From Myxococcota bacterium (lineage in GTDB: Bacteria > Myxococcota_A > UBA796 > SXON01), in assembly GCA_040386535.1 (NCBI GenBank), contig JAZKFH010000033.1:36925-100924 (forward strand): DNA of 64,000 nucleotides, written 5' to 3'. Positions 1-10,336 of this stretch are shown here, one piece after another; within the stretch, counting starts at the first letter, position 1, and each line of letters opens with the position of its first letter. A model generated the notes under the pieces. That model was not told the DNA's origin and searched no databases. It worked only from the letters and a program-made list of their open reading frames with translations. Made by a program: the position numbers and the translations under genes.

Positions 1-1216
1 CGACCACGCCGTCTCCCGTCAGGTCTCCGAGGGCCAGCCCCAGCCACGGATAGGCGCCTTCGACGCTGGCGATGGGGTACTGCGAGGGCTCCGCGGCCCC
101 GGCGGTCACGACCCAGGCCACCCAGCCGCTGCCGTCGAGCGAGGGCCCGGAGACGATGAGCTCGGGGATGCCGTCCCCCGTCAGATCGGTGGACGGCCAC
201 AGGCGGCCGCCATCCCCCGTGCCCATCGAGTACTGCGAGTTCTCCAGCGTCACGGCCCACGAGCCGTCGAGCCGCGTGTAGCGCCGCAGGAAGCCGTCCT
301 CCGTGAGGACGGTCAGCTCGGTGACGCCGTTGCCGTCGAGATCCTCGACGGACAGGCCGTACACCTTGTACTCCGTGAGCTCCAACCAGTCGGCCGGGGT
401 GAAGCCCCAGAGGCCGTCGCCGTCGAGCTGGTAGATCCACGACCCCTCGCCGTCGAGCAGGGCGAGGGACAGGTCCTTCACGCTGTCGCCGTCCCGATCC
501 GCCACGACCACGGCGCTGATGGTGCGCCCCTCGGTGGCCGCCCAGCCGCCGCCCCACACGAGCCCGCCGTTGTCGCGGCCGCGCAGCAGCACGACACGGG
601 ACGTGGTGGTGACGACCACGTCGGTCACGCCGTCGGCGTCGATCTCGGTGGAGGACAAGGTCACGATCGGCTCTTCGAGCGCGAGCACCCGCACCGGGGG
701 CGCACCGTTCCACCCGCTCCACCACACCTCGCCGCCGAGCGCGTAGGCCACGCCACCCGCGGCGCGCGCGATCACGGTCGCGTCGCCCGCGACGGGGATC
801 GCCAGCGCGTCGATCGATCCGGGTGCCCCGTCCACGGCCCACGCCGCGCCGTCGGCGGTCATGCCCCCGACCGTGGCCTGGACGCCGTAGCGGCCCCGGC
901 CCGGAGTGGTCACCTCCGCGGTTGCCCAGCCGTCCGCCCCCGGCGTGACCGTGCCGCTGACCGTCCCCTCCGACGTGACCGTGATCGTGTCGGTCGGCAC
1001 GACCGCGCCCAGCGCGGAGGTCGCGTACAGCGGCACCATCAGTGGCGACGTGCCGAGCCCCTCGCCCACCCACACCCCGACGGGGGTGGCGTCCTCGGCC
1101 TCGAGCAGGGCGGGCGCCACTTCCTCGGTGGCGCAGCCCTTGCAGCCGGCGACGAGCACGAGGAGGCACGCGGCGCCGTGTGCGGACAACACGGGCCGGC
1201 GGCGGAGGATGGTCAT
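1..1216 (-). CDS. FG-GAP/VCBS-repeat lipoprotein (runs off the window at its 3' end)
   Basis: Manual translation from ATG 1216: MTILRRRPVLSAHGAACLLVLVAGCKGC..., with repeated DxDGDG/DLxGDG motifs (EIDADGVTD, DRDGDSVKD, DLDGNGVTE, DLTGDGIPE). Absent from the ORF track because its stop lies outside the window. Confidence 0.8.
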   Translation of the reverse strand, partial: MTILRRRPVLSAHGAACLLVLVAGCKGCATEEVAPALLEAEDATPVGVWVGEGLGTSPLMVPLYATSALGAVVPTDTITVTSEGTVSGTVTPGADGWATAEVTTPGRGRYGVQATVGGMTADGAAWAVDGAPGSIDALAIPVAGDATVIARAAGGVAYALGGEVWWSGWNGAPPVRVLALEEPIVTLSSTEIDADGVTDVVVTTTSRVVLLRGRDNGGLVWGGGWAATEGRTISAVVVADRDGDSVKDLSLALLDGEGSWIYQLDGDGLWGFTPADWLELTEYKVYGLSVEDLDGNGVTELTVLTEDGFLRRYTRLDGSWAVTLENSQYSMGTGDGGRLWPSTDLTGDGIPELIVSGPSLDGSGWVAWVVTAGAAEPSQYPIASVEGAYPWLGLALGDLTGDGVV

Positions 1217-1238
1217 GGGGAACCTCGACGGAACGGGA

Positions 1239-2177
1239 CTAGTAGAAGCCGCCGCGTACCAGGGTGTACGAGGAGCTCGGCTCCAGCACGATCTCGGCGC
1301 GGCTCTGCGCGTCGAGCCGGACCACCCCCCCGGTCGGGGAGAAGAGGAGCCAGGAGGCGTCACCGGGGTCATAAGCACAGGCGGTCACGTCGGTCAGGCC
1401 GCCGCCGTAGACGGCAACCGGGCGCGAGCTCCCCGCGGCGAGGTCGGCCACGGAGTAGAAGGCGCCGGCGCCGGAGCAGGTGTACGGCTCGTCGCCCGGG
1501 CCGGTGAAGACCATGCGGGCGCGCGCCGCGCTCCCGTCGTAATCGGTGAAGAGCACGCTCGGGGGTGAGCCGCCGCCGGACCACTTGTAGAGGTCGGGCG
1601 CGCCATCGTCCGCGTCGGTCGCGTAGATCGAGCCGTCCGCCGCGAGCCCGACCCCGGAGAGCGCGGTGACGGGAGACTCGAACGGGGCGGTGTCGGCCAC
1701 GTCGTCGACCGCGCTCCACGAGTCCACGCCGTCCCCCGTGGCGATGTAGACGACGCCTCCGGTGACGACCATGTCGAGCACGTCGGGGAACGAGGCGGTG
1801 GCGCGCGAGATCGCGCCGTCGGAGGCGAGCTGGTAGAGCGAGCCGGAGGACGCGATGTAGGCTGCGCCGGAGTCCGGATCGTAGGCGACCGGCCCCACGG
1901 TGTCGCCGAGATCGGTCCAGGCGGCGACCTGCGCCCCGCTCGCGTCGAACGCGAGGACGCGGCTGGCCGAGGAGTTCACCCCCGAGACCACCCAGCCCCG
2001 TGTCGGCACGACGATGTCGGTATCGGTGTCGGTGTCCGTGTCGGTATCGGTGTCCGTATCGGCATCCGTGTCGGTGTCCGTGTCCGCGGGCTCGGCGCAC
2101 GCCTCGTCCGCGGCACAAACGATCTCGACGACCTCGAACACGTGGCAGCCGGCGAGGGCCAACGACAAGGGGATCAC
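1239..2177 (-). CDS. Hypothetical lipoprotein with (DT)n linker and probable beta-propeller
   Basis: GTG start overlaps the upstream stop (GTGA); lipobox LALAGC; DTDTDT tract; beta-rich repeats (VAYDPDSG, CAYDPGDA). Confidence 0.75.
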   Translation of the reverse strand: MIPLSLALAGCHVFEVVEIVCAADEACAEPADTDTDTDADTDTDTDTDTDTDTDIVVPTRGWVVSGVNSSASRVLAFDASGAQVAAWTDLGDTVGPVAYDPDSGAAYIASSGSLYQLASDGAISRATASFPDVLDMVVTGGVVYIATGDGVDSWSAVDDVADTAPFESPVTALSGVGLAADGSIYATDADDGAPDLYKWSGGGSPPSVLFTDYDGSAARARMVFTGPGDEPYTCSGAGAFYSVADLAAGSSRPVAVYGGGLTDVTACAYDPGDASWLLFSPTGGVVRLDAQSRAEIVLEPSSSYTLVRGGFY

Positions 2178-3682
2178 GCGCGTCTCCGACGAAGCAACGA
2201 CAACCATAGCAGGGAGGGGGCGAACACGGCGGCGATCGACCCCTTCGCGCAGCCCGAACCACCCCCGCTTCCGGGCGGGGGCAGCCGCGCGTAACCCGCC
2301 CCCAACGCGCCGTCGGGCTCCTCCCACGTCGCGCGCCCCGAGATCGCGTTCGAGCTTAGGCGGTCGGCCGCCTCGCGGGGCGTGAGCAGCGGATCCTCCG
2401 CGAGGAGGAGCGCGATCGCGGCGGCGACGGCGGGGGTGGCGGCGGAGGTGCCGTAGAAGGCGCGCACGCCGTACACGCCGGTGGTGAGGCCGTCCGGCCC
2501 GGCGATGTCCGGCTTGGGGTAGCCCGCGTGGGTGGGCCCGGTGGACGAGAAGGCCTCGCTGCTGTTGCCGAGGTACCCCTCGGCCCGCACGGCGCCGACG
2601 GTGTAGGCGGAGGGATGGCTCGCCGGGTCGGCGAGGCTGCCGGGCTCGGTGCGCCACAGCTCTCCGCCGCGCGCGAACACGGAGAAGCGTGTGGACGGAT
2701 CCCCCGCGCGGAGCACGACCTGGATCCAGTACCAGTCCGTCTGCGCGGTCGAGACGCGCACCCGCTCGACCGGCGAGCAGTTGTCCGCGTCGGGCTCCTG
2801 GCGGGCCTCGGCGCGCCCCACCACGTTCCCGGCGCGATCGTAGACGTACACGTCCAGATCCGTGTCGCCGCAGGCGCCGAACTGGTCCCACGACACCTGC
2901 ACGCTCTGGGTGCCGGCGCCGTAGTAGACCGGCAGGTAGCTGCTCTCCCAGGGAAAGTCGTGGGCGCCGTCCCCGTCGGGATCCTCGTAGTCGCCGACCC
3001 AGTGCTCCTCGGCGTAGTTGCCCGCCGAGTTCACCAGGAGCACACCGCCGGCGGCCAGGATGTCGACCGCGGCGTTCACGCCGCCGCTACCGTCGTGAAA
3101 GCTGTTGTTGAAGAACGACATCGACATGCTCACGACGTCGATTCCCTCGCGCACCGCCCACGCCGCCGCGTTCTCGAGCGTGGTCTGCCCGTTCACGCGC
3201 ACGAGGTGCAGCTCCACCCCCGGCGCGATGTCGCGGATCACCTGGGCGCACGCCACGCCGTGGCTGCCCTCCTCGAAGCCGTAGCGCGGCCGGAAGGTGT
3301 CCATCGGCAGGTCACAGGAGCGGTGGGTCTGACAGTCGTGCGTGGTGACGTCGCCGAGCTCGTCCGCCCAGAGCCCCGTGTCGAACCACTGCACGTCGAA
3401 GACGGCGACCTTGATCCCCTCCCCGGTGATGCCCGCCTCGTGCCAGGCCGCGGCGCCGAGGGCCTCGATCCCCTCGACGGCGTCGTAGCTGTCGAGCGAC
3501 GGCGCCTCCTCGACCGACCACTTCGTGCCGGGCGCCGGCGGGGCGAGCAGCACGCTCCCTCGCTCGCTCGTGGCCTCCGCGCCGGGGACATCCGGAATCT
3601 CGACCCGCACCCGATCGGTGGGCCCTACCTCGGGGAGGTCGGCGGCGCGGACCGGGAGGGACAGGAGGAGGAGCACGAGCAC
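2174..3682 (-). CDS. S8 (subtilisin-like) serine peptidase with MYXO-CTERM-like tail
   Basis: Catalytic motifs VAVFD, SHGVACA and FYGTSAATP; NSAGN oxyanion region; KPDIAGP; C-terminus GGGSGC + hydrophobic stretch + RRRR. Start approximate. Confidence 0.9.
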   Translation of the reverse strand: MLVLLLLSLPVRAADLPEVGPTDRVRVEIPDVPGAEATSERGSVLLAPPAPGTKWSVEEAPSLDSYDAVEGIEALGAAAWHEAGITGEGIKVAVFDVQWFDTGLWADELGDVTTHDCQTHRSCDLPMDTFRPRYGFEEGSHGVACAQVIRDIAPGVELHLVRVNGQTTLENAAAWAVREGIDVVSMSMSFFNNSFHDGSGGVNAAVDILAAGGVLLVNSAGNYAEEHWVGDYEDPDGDGAHDFPWESSYLPVYYGAGTQSVQVSWDQFGACGDTDLDVYVYDRAGNVVGRAEARQEPDADNCSPVERVRVSTAQTDWYWIQVVLRAGDPSTRFSVFARGGELWRTEPGSLADPASHPSAYTVGAVRAEGYLGNSSEAFSSTGPTHAGYPKPDIAGPDGLTTGVYGVRAFYGTSAATPAVAAAIALLLAEDPLLTPREAADRLSSNAISGRATWEEPDGALGAGYARLPPPGSGGGSGCAKGSIAAVFAPSLLWLSLLRRRRA

Positions 3683-3696
3683 CCGGGCATTGTTCC

Positions 3697-5118
3697 TCAC
3701 CCGCGGCGCACCGTCCACGGCGGGCCGTCGGGGCTCCACGCGGGGAGGCCGCCGGGCGCCGGGCCGGACCCGACGACGCCGAGCCAGGTGTCCGTCGCGA
3801 GGCCGTCGCGGAGCTTGCGCACGGCATCGGGGACCACTGCGCCGGGATCCGTGAGCGTGTCGTCCCCCACGACGAGCACCGCGATCGGCGGCCCGGGCAC
3901 CCGCGCGAGGGCGCGCACGGCGGCCTCGACCTCCTCACAATCGGTGACGTCGACGCGGTAGACGGGGCCGTCCGCCACCGGCGGCAGCTCCGTCCCCGGC
4001 GGCGCGACGAGCACGACGCGGCGCTGGCGGGCCAGGACCGGCAGGAGCGCGGCGGCGAGCGCGCCCGCCGGGTCGCCGAGCCCCGCTGGGTCGCCGGAGA
4101 GGACGGTGGGGGCGGCCACGCGGAAGGCGACCGCGCCGTCGATCAAGGAGGGGCCGCCAGGGAGCAGGGGCGGCGCGGGGTGGCGCCGGAGGACCGCGGG
4201 GAGGCGCGTGGCGTGGCGGCGAAACGTGTAGACGCCGCCGGCCCCGAGCAGGAAGGCCACGACGAGGGCGACGGGCGAGGTGGAGCCCGTGGGAACCGCT
4301 TCTCGCGTCGCGACCGGAGATCGCTCGGGCTGGGGCGCGGGGGGCGGTGTCTCCTGTACCGCGGGGGGTGGGCTCGGCTCCGTGGGCGCCTGTGGCACGG
4401 GCACGGGAGGCGCCCCGCCGTTCGCCTCCTCGTCCGGCGCGCGGAAGGGGATGACCGGAAAGACCTCCATCCGGCTGGTCCCCGCCGCGCCGTCGACCAC
4501 GAGGTAGCCCAGCGCCGCCGTCGGATCCCACGTGAGCGTGCCGTAGGAGCGGGTCGCCCCGTCCTTCCCGTTGATGAACACCTCGGCGCGGCCGCCCGGC
4601 GAGGGCCCCGCGCAGCCGTGGACGGCGTCGTTGCGGGCGCCGTCCGGAAACACCCCGTCGTCTCGGCACATCAGCTCGACCCCGCCCTGGCCGCCCTGGA
4701 GCCGCACCACGGGGGCCGACGCCTCGCCCAGGCCCGTCACGCGCACGACGACGGTGACCGCCCCCGGGTTGGGCGTGGCCGGCGCGGGCTCGAGGCGGGC
4801 GCCCGTGGTCACCGCGCCGCCGGCGATCAGCAGATCGAGGTCCGCGCCATCAAACTGCACTTTTCCTGCATCGAGCAGGCGGCCGTCCCGGAGGACCCCC
4901 ACCTGGACCGGGCCGGTCACGGGCGGGAGGGGCCCGCAGGTCCACACGGAGTCGGCGGCGGCGTCGGGAGCGGAGCCGGCGTCGTTGCAGGCGATCGCGG
5001 CCACCTCGTCGTCTCTCTGGACGAGCAACGCGACCGCGCGGGCCTGTCCCAAGCCACCCACCCGCGCGACCGGCGCGGCCGCGAGCGCCGTGGAGACGGC
5101 GAGCAGGACCAGGCTCAT
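3697..5118 (-). CDS. Hypothetical membrane protein with two Cys-flanked DDG..D..A.D motifs (choice-of-anchor X-like)
   Basis: Signal peptide MSLVLLAVSTALA; CNDAGSAPDAAADSVWTC and CRDDGVFPDGARNDAVHGC; Pro-rich linker; one TM segment. Confidence 0.65.
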   Translation of the reverse strand: MSLVLLAVSTALAAAPVARVGGLGQARAVALLVQRDDEVAAIACNDAGSAPDAAADSVWTCGPLPPVTGPVQVGVLRDGRLLDAGKVQFDGADLDLLIAGGAVTTGARLEPAPATPNPGAVTVVVRVTGLGEASAPVVRLQGGQGGVELMCRDDGVFPDGARNDAVHGCAGPSPGGRAEVFINGKDGATRSYGTLTWDPTAALGYLVVDGAAGTSRMEVFPVIPFRAPDEEANGGAPPVPVPQAPTEPSPPPAVQETPPPAPQPERSPVATREAVPTGSTSPVALVVAFLLGAGGVYTFRRHATRLPAVLRRHPAPPLLPGGPSLIDGAVAFRVAAPTVLSGDPAGLGDPAGALAAALLPVLARQRRVVLVAPPGTELPPVADGPVYRVDVTDCEEVEAAVRALARVPGPPIAVLVVGDDTLTDPGAVVPDAVRKLRDGLATDTWLGVVGSGPAPGGLPAWSPDGPPWTVRRG

Positions 5119-5224
5119 CCGCGCCCCATGCGGCGCCACGCTACCGAAATCCAGGGCGCCGTGGAAGGGATCCGCGAAAGAGAATGCGTGCTACCATGGT
5201 TGAACCTGTGGTCGGACCCCGCTG

Positions 5225-6691
5225 ATGGACGAACACGACTCCCCCGGACTCCCCCCCCGCGTAGCGCCCGGCGCCGCGGGAGGTGTCGTCGTTGCCGGGC
5301 GATACCGGGTCGAACGCCTGATTGCCCGCGGTGGCATGGCCGCCGTTTTCCTGGCGGAACACATCGCGCTCCGCCGGCGCGTGGCGCTGAAGATCCTGCA
5401 TCCGCCGCCGGATGCCGAGGAGTCGGGCAACTTCGAGAAACGGTTCCGCCTCGAGGCGGAGACCCTCGCCACCCTCGACCACCCGAACATCGTGACCCTG
5501 TACGACTACGGCGAGGCGGAGGACGGCCGGTTCTACCTCGCGATGGAGTACATCGAGGGGCCGCGGTTCACGGACATCCTCGGGCACGGCGCCCTGGCCC
5601 CAGATCGGGCCATCCGCCTCATCCTCGAGGTGTGCGCGGGCTTGCGCTACGCGCACAAGCGGGGCGTCATCCACCGCGATCTGAAGCCGTCGAACCTGCT
5701 CATCGGCACCGACAGCGAGGGCGGCGAGCGCGTCAAGGTGGTGGACTTCGGCCTGGTCAAGGTGGCCGAGATCGACCAGTTCCTGACCCGCGAGGGGCTC
5801 GTGCTCGGCTCGCCGCACTGCATGGCGCCCGAGCAGGTGCGCGGCGGCGACATCGACCAGCGCGCCGACATCTACGCCATCGGCGTGCTCCTGTTCCGCT
5901 CGCTCACCGGGGTGTACCCCTTCCACGGCGCCACCAGCACCGCCACGATGGTGGCGCACCTGAACGAGCCCATCCCCACGTTCGCCTCCGTCGCGCCCGA
6001 GCTCCGCGTGCCCGCGCGCCTCGAGGATGTCGTCCGGCGCTGCCTGGCCAAGCGCCAGGCCGACCGCTACCCCGACGTGAAGGCGCTGATGGAGGATCTG
6101 AAGATCTGCATCGGCATGCGCGCGGAGGACGACACGACCTCGCGCTCCTTCAGCGGGAGCCTGCCCTCCCAGACCGAGCCGACCGATCCTACGGCACCCG
6201 CCGCCAAGCCGCGTACCAAGGCACGCTCGCTCCTCCAACGTTGGCCGCTGGTCCTCCTCGGGCTGGTCGTGCTGCTCTCGTTGTCCAGCGTCGCCTACCT
6301 GGTCGGGCAACAGGATTCCCGGAGCGTCCCGGGCCCGGAAGTGCCCATGGGCGCGAGCGCGTCGGGGGTGGCGGTGGGCGGCGCGCCGGTCGCGGTCGAG
6401 CCCGTCGCGGCGCCGCTCCCCGAGCCCGTTTCTCCCACCCCTCCGACCGGTACGGGCGAGGACGTGCAGCCGGTGGGCGAGGCCCCGGCCCCCCCGGTGA
6501 CCGCCAAGAACCAAGGGACGCCTCCGCCGGGAGACAAGCCGCCACCGAAGGACATGTCACGGCGGCGGAAGGTCACGAATCCCGATGGTACGACTTCCAC
6601 AACTCCGGGCACTGTTGTAGAGTCGCCAACGAACGGGGCGTACATGGGGCTCGACGAATTCGACAAACAAGCCGGAGACAAGCCCAAATGA
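5225..6691 (+). CDS. Hanks-type Ser/Thr protein kinase, membrane-anchored
   Basis: IARGGMAAVF, VALK, HRDLKPSN, DFG, APE, DIYAIG; TM segment followed by a Pro-rich tail. Confidence 0.95.
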   Translation: MDEHDSPGLPPRVAPGAAGGVVVAGRYRVERLIARGGMAAVFLAEHIALRRRVALKILHPPPDAEESGNFEKRFRLEAETLATLDHPNIVTLYDYGEAEDGRFYLAMEYIEGPRFTDILGHGALAPDRAIRLILEVCAGLRYAHKRGVIHRDLKPSNLLIGTDSEGGERVKVVDFGLVKVAEIDQFLTREGLVLGSPHCMAPEQVRGGDIDQRADIYAIGVLLFRSLTGVYPFHGATSTATMVAHLNEPIPTFASVAPELRVPARLEDVVRRCLAKRQADRYPDVKALMEDLKICIGMRAEDDTTSRSFSGSLPSQTEPTDPTAPAAKPRTKARSLLQRWPLVLLGLVVLLSLSSVAYLVGQQDSRSVPGPEVPMGASASGVAVGGAPVAVEPVAAPLPEPVSPTPPTGTGEDVQPVGEAPAPPVTAKNQGTPPPGDKPPPKDMSRRRKVTNPDGTTSTTPGTVVESPTNGAYMGLDEFDKQAGDKPK

Positions 6692-9261
6692 GGCCGTCCC
6701 CATACGCCTCCCCCCGGCTGTCCCTGCCGCTCCTGTTGCTCGCCTTGGCCTCCTGGGTGCCCGAGGCGCGCGCCGAGCCAAAGGACGACGCGCGGCGCCA
6801 TTTCGTGGCAGGCCTCACCGCCGCACAAGCCAAGGACTACGCGCTCGCCCTCGAGGAATTCCTCGCCGCGCAGGATGTGTATCCCCACCCGGCGACCCTC
6901 TACAACATCGCCCGCTCCTACAACGATCTCGGCAACCTGGACAAGGCGCTCGAGTACTACCAACTGTACCGTGGTGCTGCTCCGGAGAAGGCGGCCGACG
7001 TCGACCCGGTCATCGCGGTCATCGCGGCCCAGCTCGCCCAGCAGCGCGCGCCCGCGGCGGTCGCGGCGGTGACGCCCGCTCCCAAGCCGGCGCTCGCCAC
7101 CGGCGTCGATCGTGCCGAGGTGGAGCGGATCAACGCCATCGCGCAGGAGCTCCAGGCCCTCTCCCAGACCCTCGCCGATCGGGCGGCGGCCCAGGCGGCG
7201 GCGCCCGCGGTGGTGGAGAGCACGGAGCCCGTGGCGGAGGGCACGGCCCCGATCGACACGCCGGAAACGGCCCCGACGGAGCCGACAGACACCGCGCTCC
7301 CCGACCAGGGAGACCTGCTCTCCGGCGCCTACGAGCGCGTCGTCGTCACGGCCTCCCGCTACGGCCAGTCCCCGCTCGACTCCCCCTCGACCGTCACGAT
7401 CCTCACCGAGCAGGACATCCGCCTCTCCGGCGCCTCGACCATCCCCGACGTGTTGCGCCGCGTGGCCGGCATCGACGTGATGTTCCTCTCCGCCGGCCAG
7501 GCCGACCTGTCGATCCGCGGGTTCAACCGGGAGTTCTCGAACAAGGTCCTGGTCCTCGTGGACGGGCGGAGCGTCTACCTCGATTTTCTCGGCATCGTGA
7601 GCTGGGCGGTGCTCGGCATCGGCCTGGAAGAGATCGAGCGCATCGAGGTCATCCGTGGGCCGGGCTCCGCCATCTACGGCGCCAACGCCATGACCGGCGT
7701 GGTCAACATCATCACCAAGGTGCCGGGCGAGGGCGAGAGCCTGGTCCACGTCGAGGGGGGCTCGCCCTCCTACGTGCGCGGCACCGTGATGGTCGATGGG
7801 CGCAAGGAGCGCACGTCCTGGCGCATGAGCGCCGGGTGGGACCAGACGGGCCGGTGGTCCGAGGCGCTCCCCGTCGAGGAGGATGGCGCGCTGGTCCCGC
7901 TGCTCGACGACCAGGTGCACGCCTGGAAGGGCGCGCGCGCGGACGCCCGCATCGACCAGGGCTTCCTCGACAAGGGCCTCGCGTCGGTGTCGGCCGGCTA
8001 CGTCCGCGGCACCAACGAGTTCTACGCCCTCGGCGCGCTGGGCGCGTTCGCGATGGACTACTCGGGCGGCTTCGCCCGCGGGGACCTCTCCTACGGCCCG
8101 GTCCACCTCCGCACCTTCTACAACGGGCTCTCTGGGCCCGTGGGGCCGTGGGCCAGCTACGCCGGCGGCCGCTCGCTCGACACGACGTTCGACTCCGATA
8201 CCGTGGATGTCGAGCTCGAAGCCAACGCCGGCTTCAAGACCGGCACGATCGCCCACCGCCTGAACGCCGGCGTCGGGTACCGCTACAAGAGCATCACCTG
8301 GGGGTACATCAACCTCGGCGAGCCCTTGTTCGAGCACCACTTCAGCGCCTTTCTCCAGGAGCAGGCCAAGCTGGGCCCGCTCACGGTCGTCGGCTCGCTG
8401 CGCGCCGACCGCACGCCGCTCGTCCCCGTGGAGCAGACCCTCTCGCCGCGCGGCGCCGCCATCCTCCGCGTCGCCGACCAGACGAGCGTGCGCCTCACCG
8501 GCGGCACCTCCTACCGGTCGCCCACGTTCATCGAGAGCTACATCGACCTGGCGCAGCCGAGCTCGGTCACCGGCGTGTATGTCAGCACCAAGGGCGATCC
8601 CGACCTGCTCCCGGAGCGCATCCTCACGGGCGAGATCGGGATCCACGACGAGTCGACGAGCTACCACGTGGCCGACGCCGCGGCGTATGTGAACCGCGTG
8701 ACGAATCTCATCGGCCTGCGCGACGTGACCCGGAGCTACAGCCCCTACGATCCCGACCTGAACGGATTCTCCGCCGGTGAGACCGGGTTCGTGAACCTCG
8801 AGCCGACCTACCTCGCGGTGGGCGGCGAGGTCGAGGCCCGCGTGTTCCCCCTCGACGGGCTGGACGTGTACGCCAACGTCGCCGTGGAGCGGATCCTCGA
8901 GCAGGACGGCCCCACGGTCGCGCCGGACGAGTCCACCTCCCTGGTCAAGGTGAACGGCGGCGTGATGTACCGGAGCCCGTGGCGCGTCGATCTCGGCGCC
9001 CACGTGAACTACGTGTCTCCCCAGGTGTGGCGCCTCCGCGAGTTCGACGTGGCCGGGCAGGTCGTGCCCCGCGACGTCGCGGTGCCCGCGCGCACGATCA
9101 TCACCGCGCGCGTGGCCGTGCGCCCCTTCGCGGATGACAAGATCGAGGTCGCCGCCTCCGGGTGGAACCTCGGCGCGCTGGCGGGCAACACGTTCCGCGA
9201 GCACCCAAACGGCCAACTCGTCGGCGCCCGCTATTGGGGCGAGCTCACCTGGAGGTACTGA
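6688..9261 (+). CDS. TonB-dependent receptor with N-terminal TPR domain
   Basis: ATGA overlap with the kinase; signal peptide; TPR (ATLYNIARSYNDLGNLDKALEYYQLY); plug motifs VVVTASR and IERIEVIRGPGSAIYGANAMTGVVNIITK; barrel-type C-terminus ELTWRY. Confidence 0.92.
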   Translation: MRPSPYASPRLSLPLLLLALASWVPEARAEPKDDARRHFVAGLTAAQAKDYALALEEFLAAQDVYPHPATLYNIARSYNDLGNLDKALEYYQLYRGAAPEKAADVDPVIAVIAAQLAQQRAPAAVAAVTPAPKPALATGVDRAEVERINAIAQELQALSQTLADRAAAQAAAPAVVESTEPVAEGTAPIDTPETAPTEPTDTALPDQGDLLSGAYERVVVTASRYGQSPLDSPSTVTILTEQDIRLSGASTIPDVLRRVAGIDVMFLSAGQADLSIRGFNREFSNKVLVLVDGRSVYLDFLGIVSWAVLGIGLEEIERIEVIRGPGSAIYGANAMTGVVNIITKVPGEGESLVHVEGGSPSYVRGTVMVDGRKERTSWRMSAGWDQTGRWSEALPVEEDGALVPLLDDQVHAWKGARADARIDQGFLDKGLASVSAGYVRGTNEFYALGALGAFAMDYSGGFARGDLSYGPVHLRTFYNGLSGPVGPWASYAGGRSLDTTFDSDTVDVELEANAGFKTGTIAHRLNAGVGYRYKSITWGYINLGEPLFEHHFSAFLQEQAKLGPLTVVGSLRADRTPLVPVEQTLSPRGAAILRVADQTSVRLTGGTSYRSPTFIESYIDLAQPSSVTGVYVSTKGDPDLLPERILTGEIGIHDESTSYHVADAAAYVNRVTNLIGLRDVTRSYSPYDPDLNGFSAGETGFVNLEPTYLAVGGEVEARVFPLDGLDVYANVAVERILEQDGPTVAPDESTSLVKVNGGVMYRSPWRVDLGAHVNYVSPQVWRLREFDVAGQVVPRDVAVPARTIITARVAVRPFADDKIEVAASGWNLGALAGNTFREHPNGQLVGARYWGELTWRY

Positions 9262-9262
9262 C

Positions 9263-10336
9263 ATGGCCGTCCTGCTGCTCCTGGCCGCCTGTGCCTACGA
9301 GGTCCCCACGGATCCCGACGCGCCCGACGTGCTCAATGTCCTCTCCGGTACCGTGGTCATCAGCGGTCCCGACGAGGTGGCCGACACGGTCGTGGTGCTC
9401 TACGACGCCAACCAACCCCCGCCGCCCACGGGCACGGGGCGCCCGGTCAGCTTCGCGACAGTGCCCGCCGATGCCTTCACCGACCCCGAGGCCGGCGGCA
9501 TCCGCTCCGCACCCTGGGCACTGACCGAGGTGCCGGACGGCGAGTGGCTCGTGTCCGCGCTCATGGATGTCGACGGCGACTTCAACCCCGTCACCACGTC
9601 CAACTCGGGCAGCACGTGTGGGGACTGGTCGGGCGCCTACTACACCAGCCTCACGTCCGGGATCCCGGCGGTGGTCTCGGTCGGCGGCGGCGAGCACCTC
9701 GACGAGATCACGGTGACCGTGGCGCGCGAGGTGGCCATCGAGCGGCCCGCCTTCGAGATCGTGGTGAACGACACAACCGATGCCACGATCGACATGGCCT
9801 TCGGCAGCACGTTCCAGCTCCAGAGCATCGGGGTCCAATCCGAGGTCTACGATCTCGAGGGCCCGTACGACGGCACGGACCAATGTGACACGGCGTTCTG
9901 GTTCTACTCGACCGACGCGGATGGTGACGGCGCGGCGGACGCACATCCCAACGCCACCTTCGCGGCCAGCGGCGCGAAGGACTTCTGGCCGCGCGTGTAC
10001 CTGCGCAACAGCGAGGGCACGCCTCCAGGCGAGTTCTACGGCAGCGAGGCCATCTCCGGCACGGCGCTGTTCGGCGGGGGCCTCAACCCGGTGAATTCGC
10101 CGGTCCCCAGCACCACCTACGATCTGCTGTTTCCGGGCGCGGCGGTGTATGTGTACGCGGACGGTACGCAGGAGAGTGTCGCCGACCCCGCGCTCATCCC
10201 GCGCGGCGAGTGGTCGGTCACGGTGGTGCAGTTCACCGGGCAGCTCTGGACCCTGCCGAACGTGCTGGTCGAATACCCCGCGGCGGACGAGAGCTTCGAT
10301 CCGGCGCTGCAGGGGATGTCGCTCACGATCCAGTAG
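9263..10336 (+). CDS. Hypothetical lipoprotein
   Basis: Starts 1 nt after the receptor stop; MAVLLLLAAC lipobox; acidic and beta-rich. Confidence 0.8.
   Translation: MAVLLLLAACAYEVPTDPDAPDVLNVLSGTVVISGPDEVADTVVVLYDANQPPPPTGTGRPVSFATVPADAFTDPEAGGIRSAPWALTEVPDGEWLVSALMDVDGDFNPVTTSNSGSTCGDWSGAYYTSLTSGIPAVVSVGGGEHLDEITVTVAREVAIERPAFEIVVNDTTDATIDMAFGSTFQLQSIGVQSEVYDLEGPYDGTDQCDTAFWFYSTDADGDGAADAHPNATFAASGAKDFWPRVYLRNSEGTPPGEFYGSEAISGTALFGGGLNPVNSPVPSTTYDLLFPGAAVYVYADGTQESVADPALIPRGEWSVTVVQFTGQLWTLPNVLVEYPAADESFDPALQGMSLTIQ

Noticed and set aside
4180..6687. 1693-aa ORF as a single giant protein
   Set aside because: The first 836 codons are Arg/Gly/Pro-rich shadow overlapping two real genes; the receptor starts at ATG 6688 with a signal peptide.
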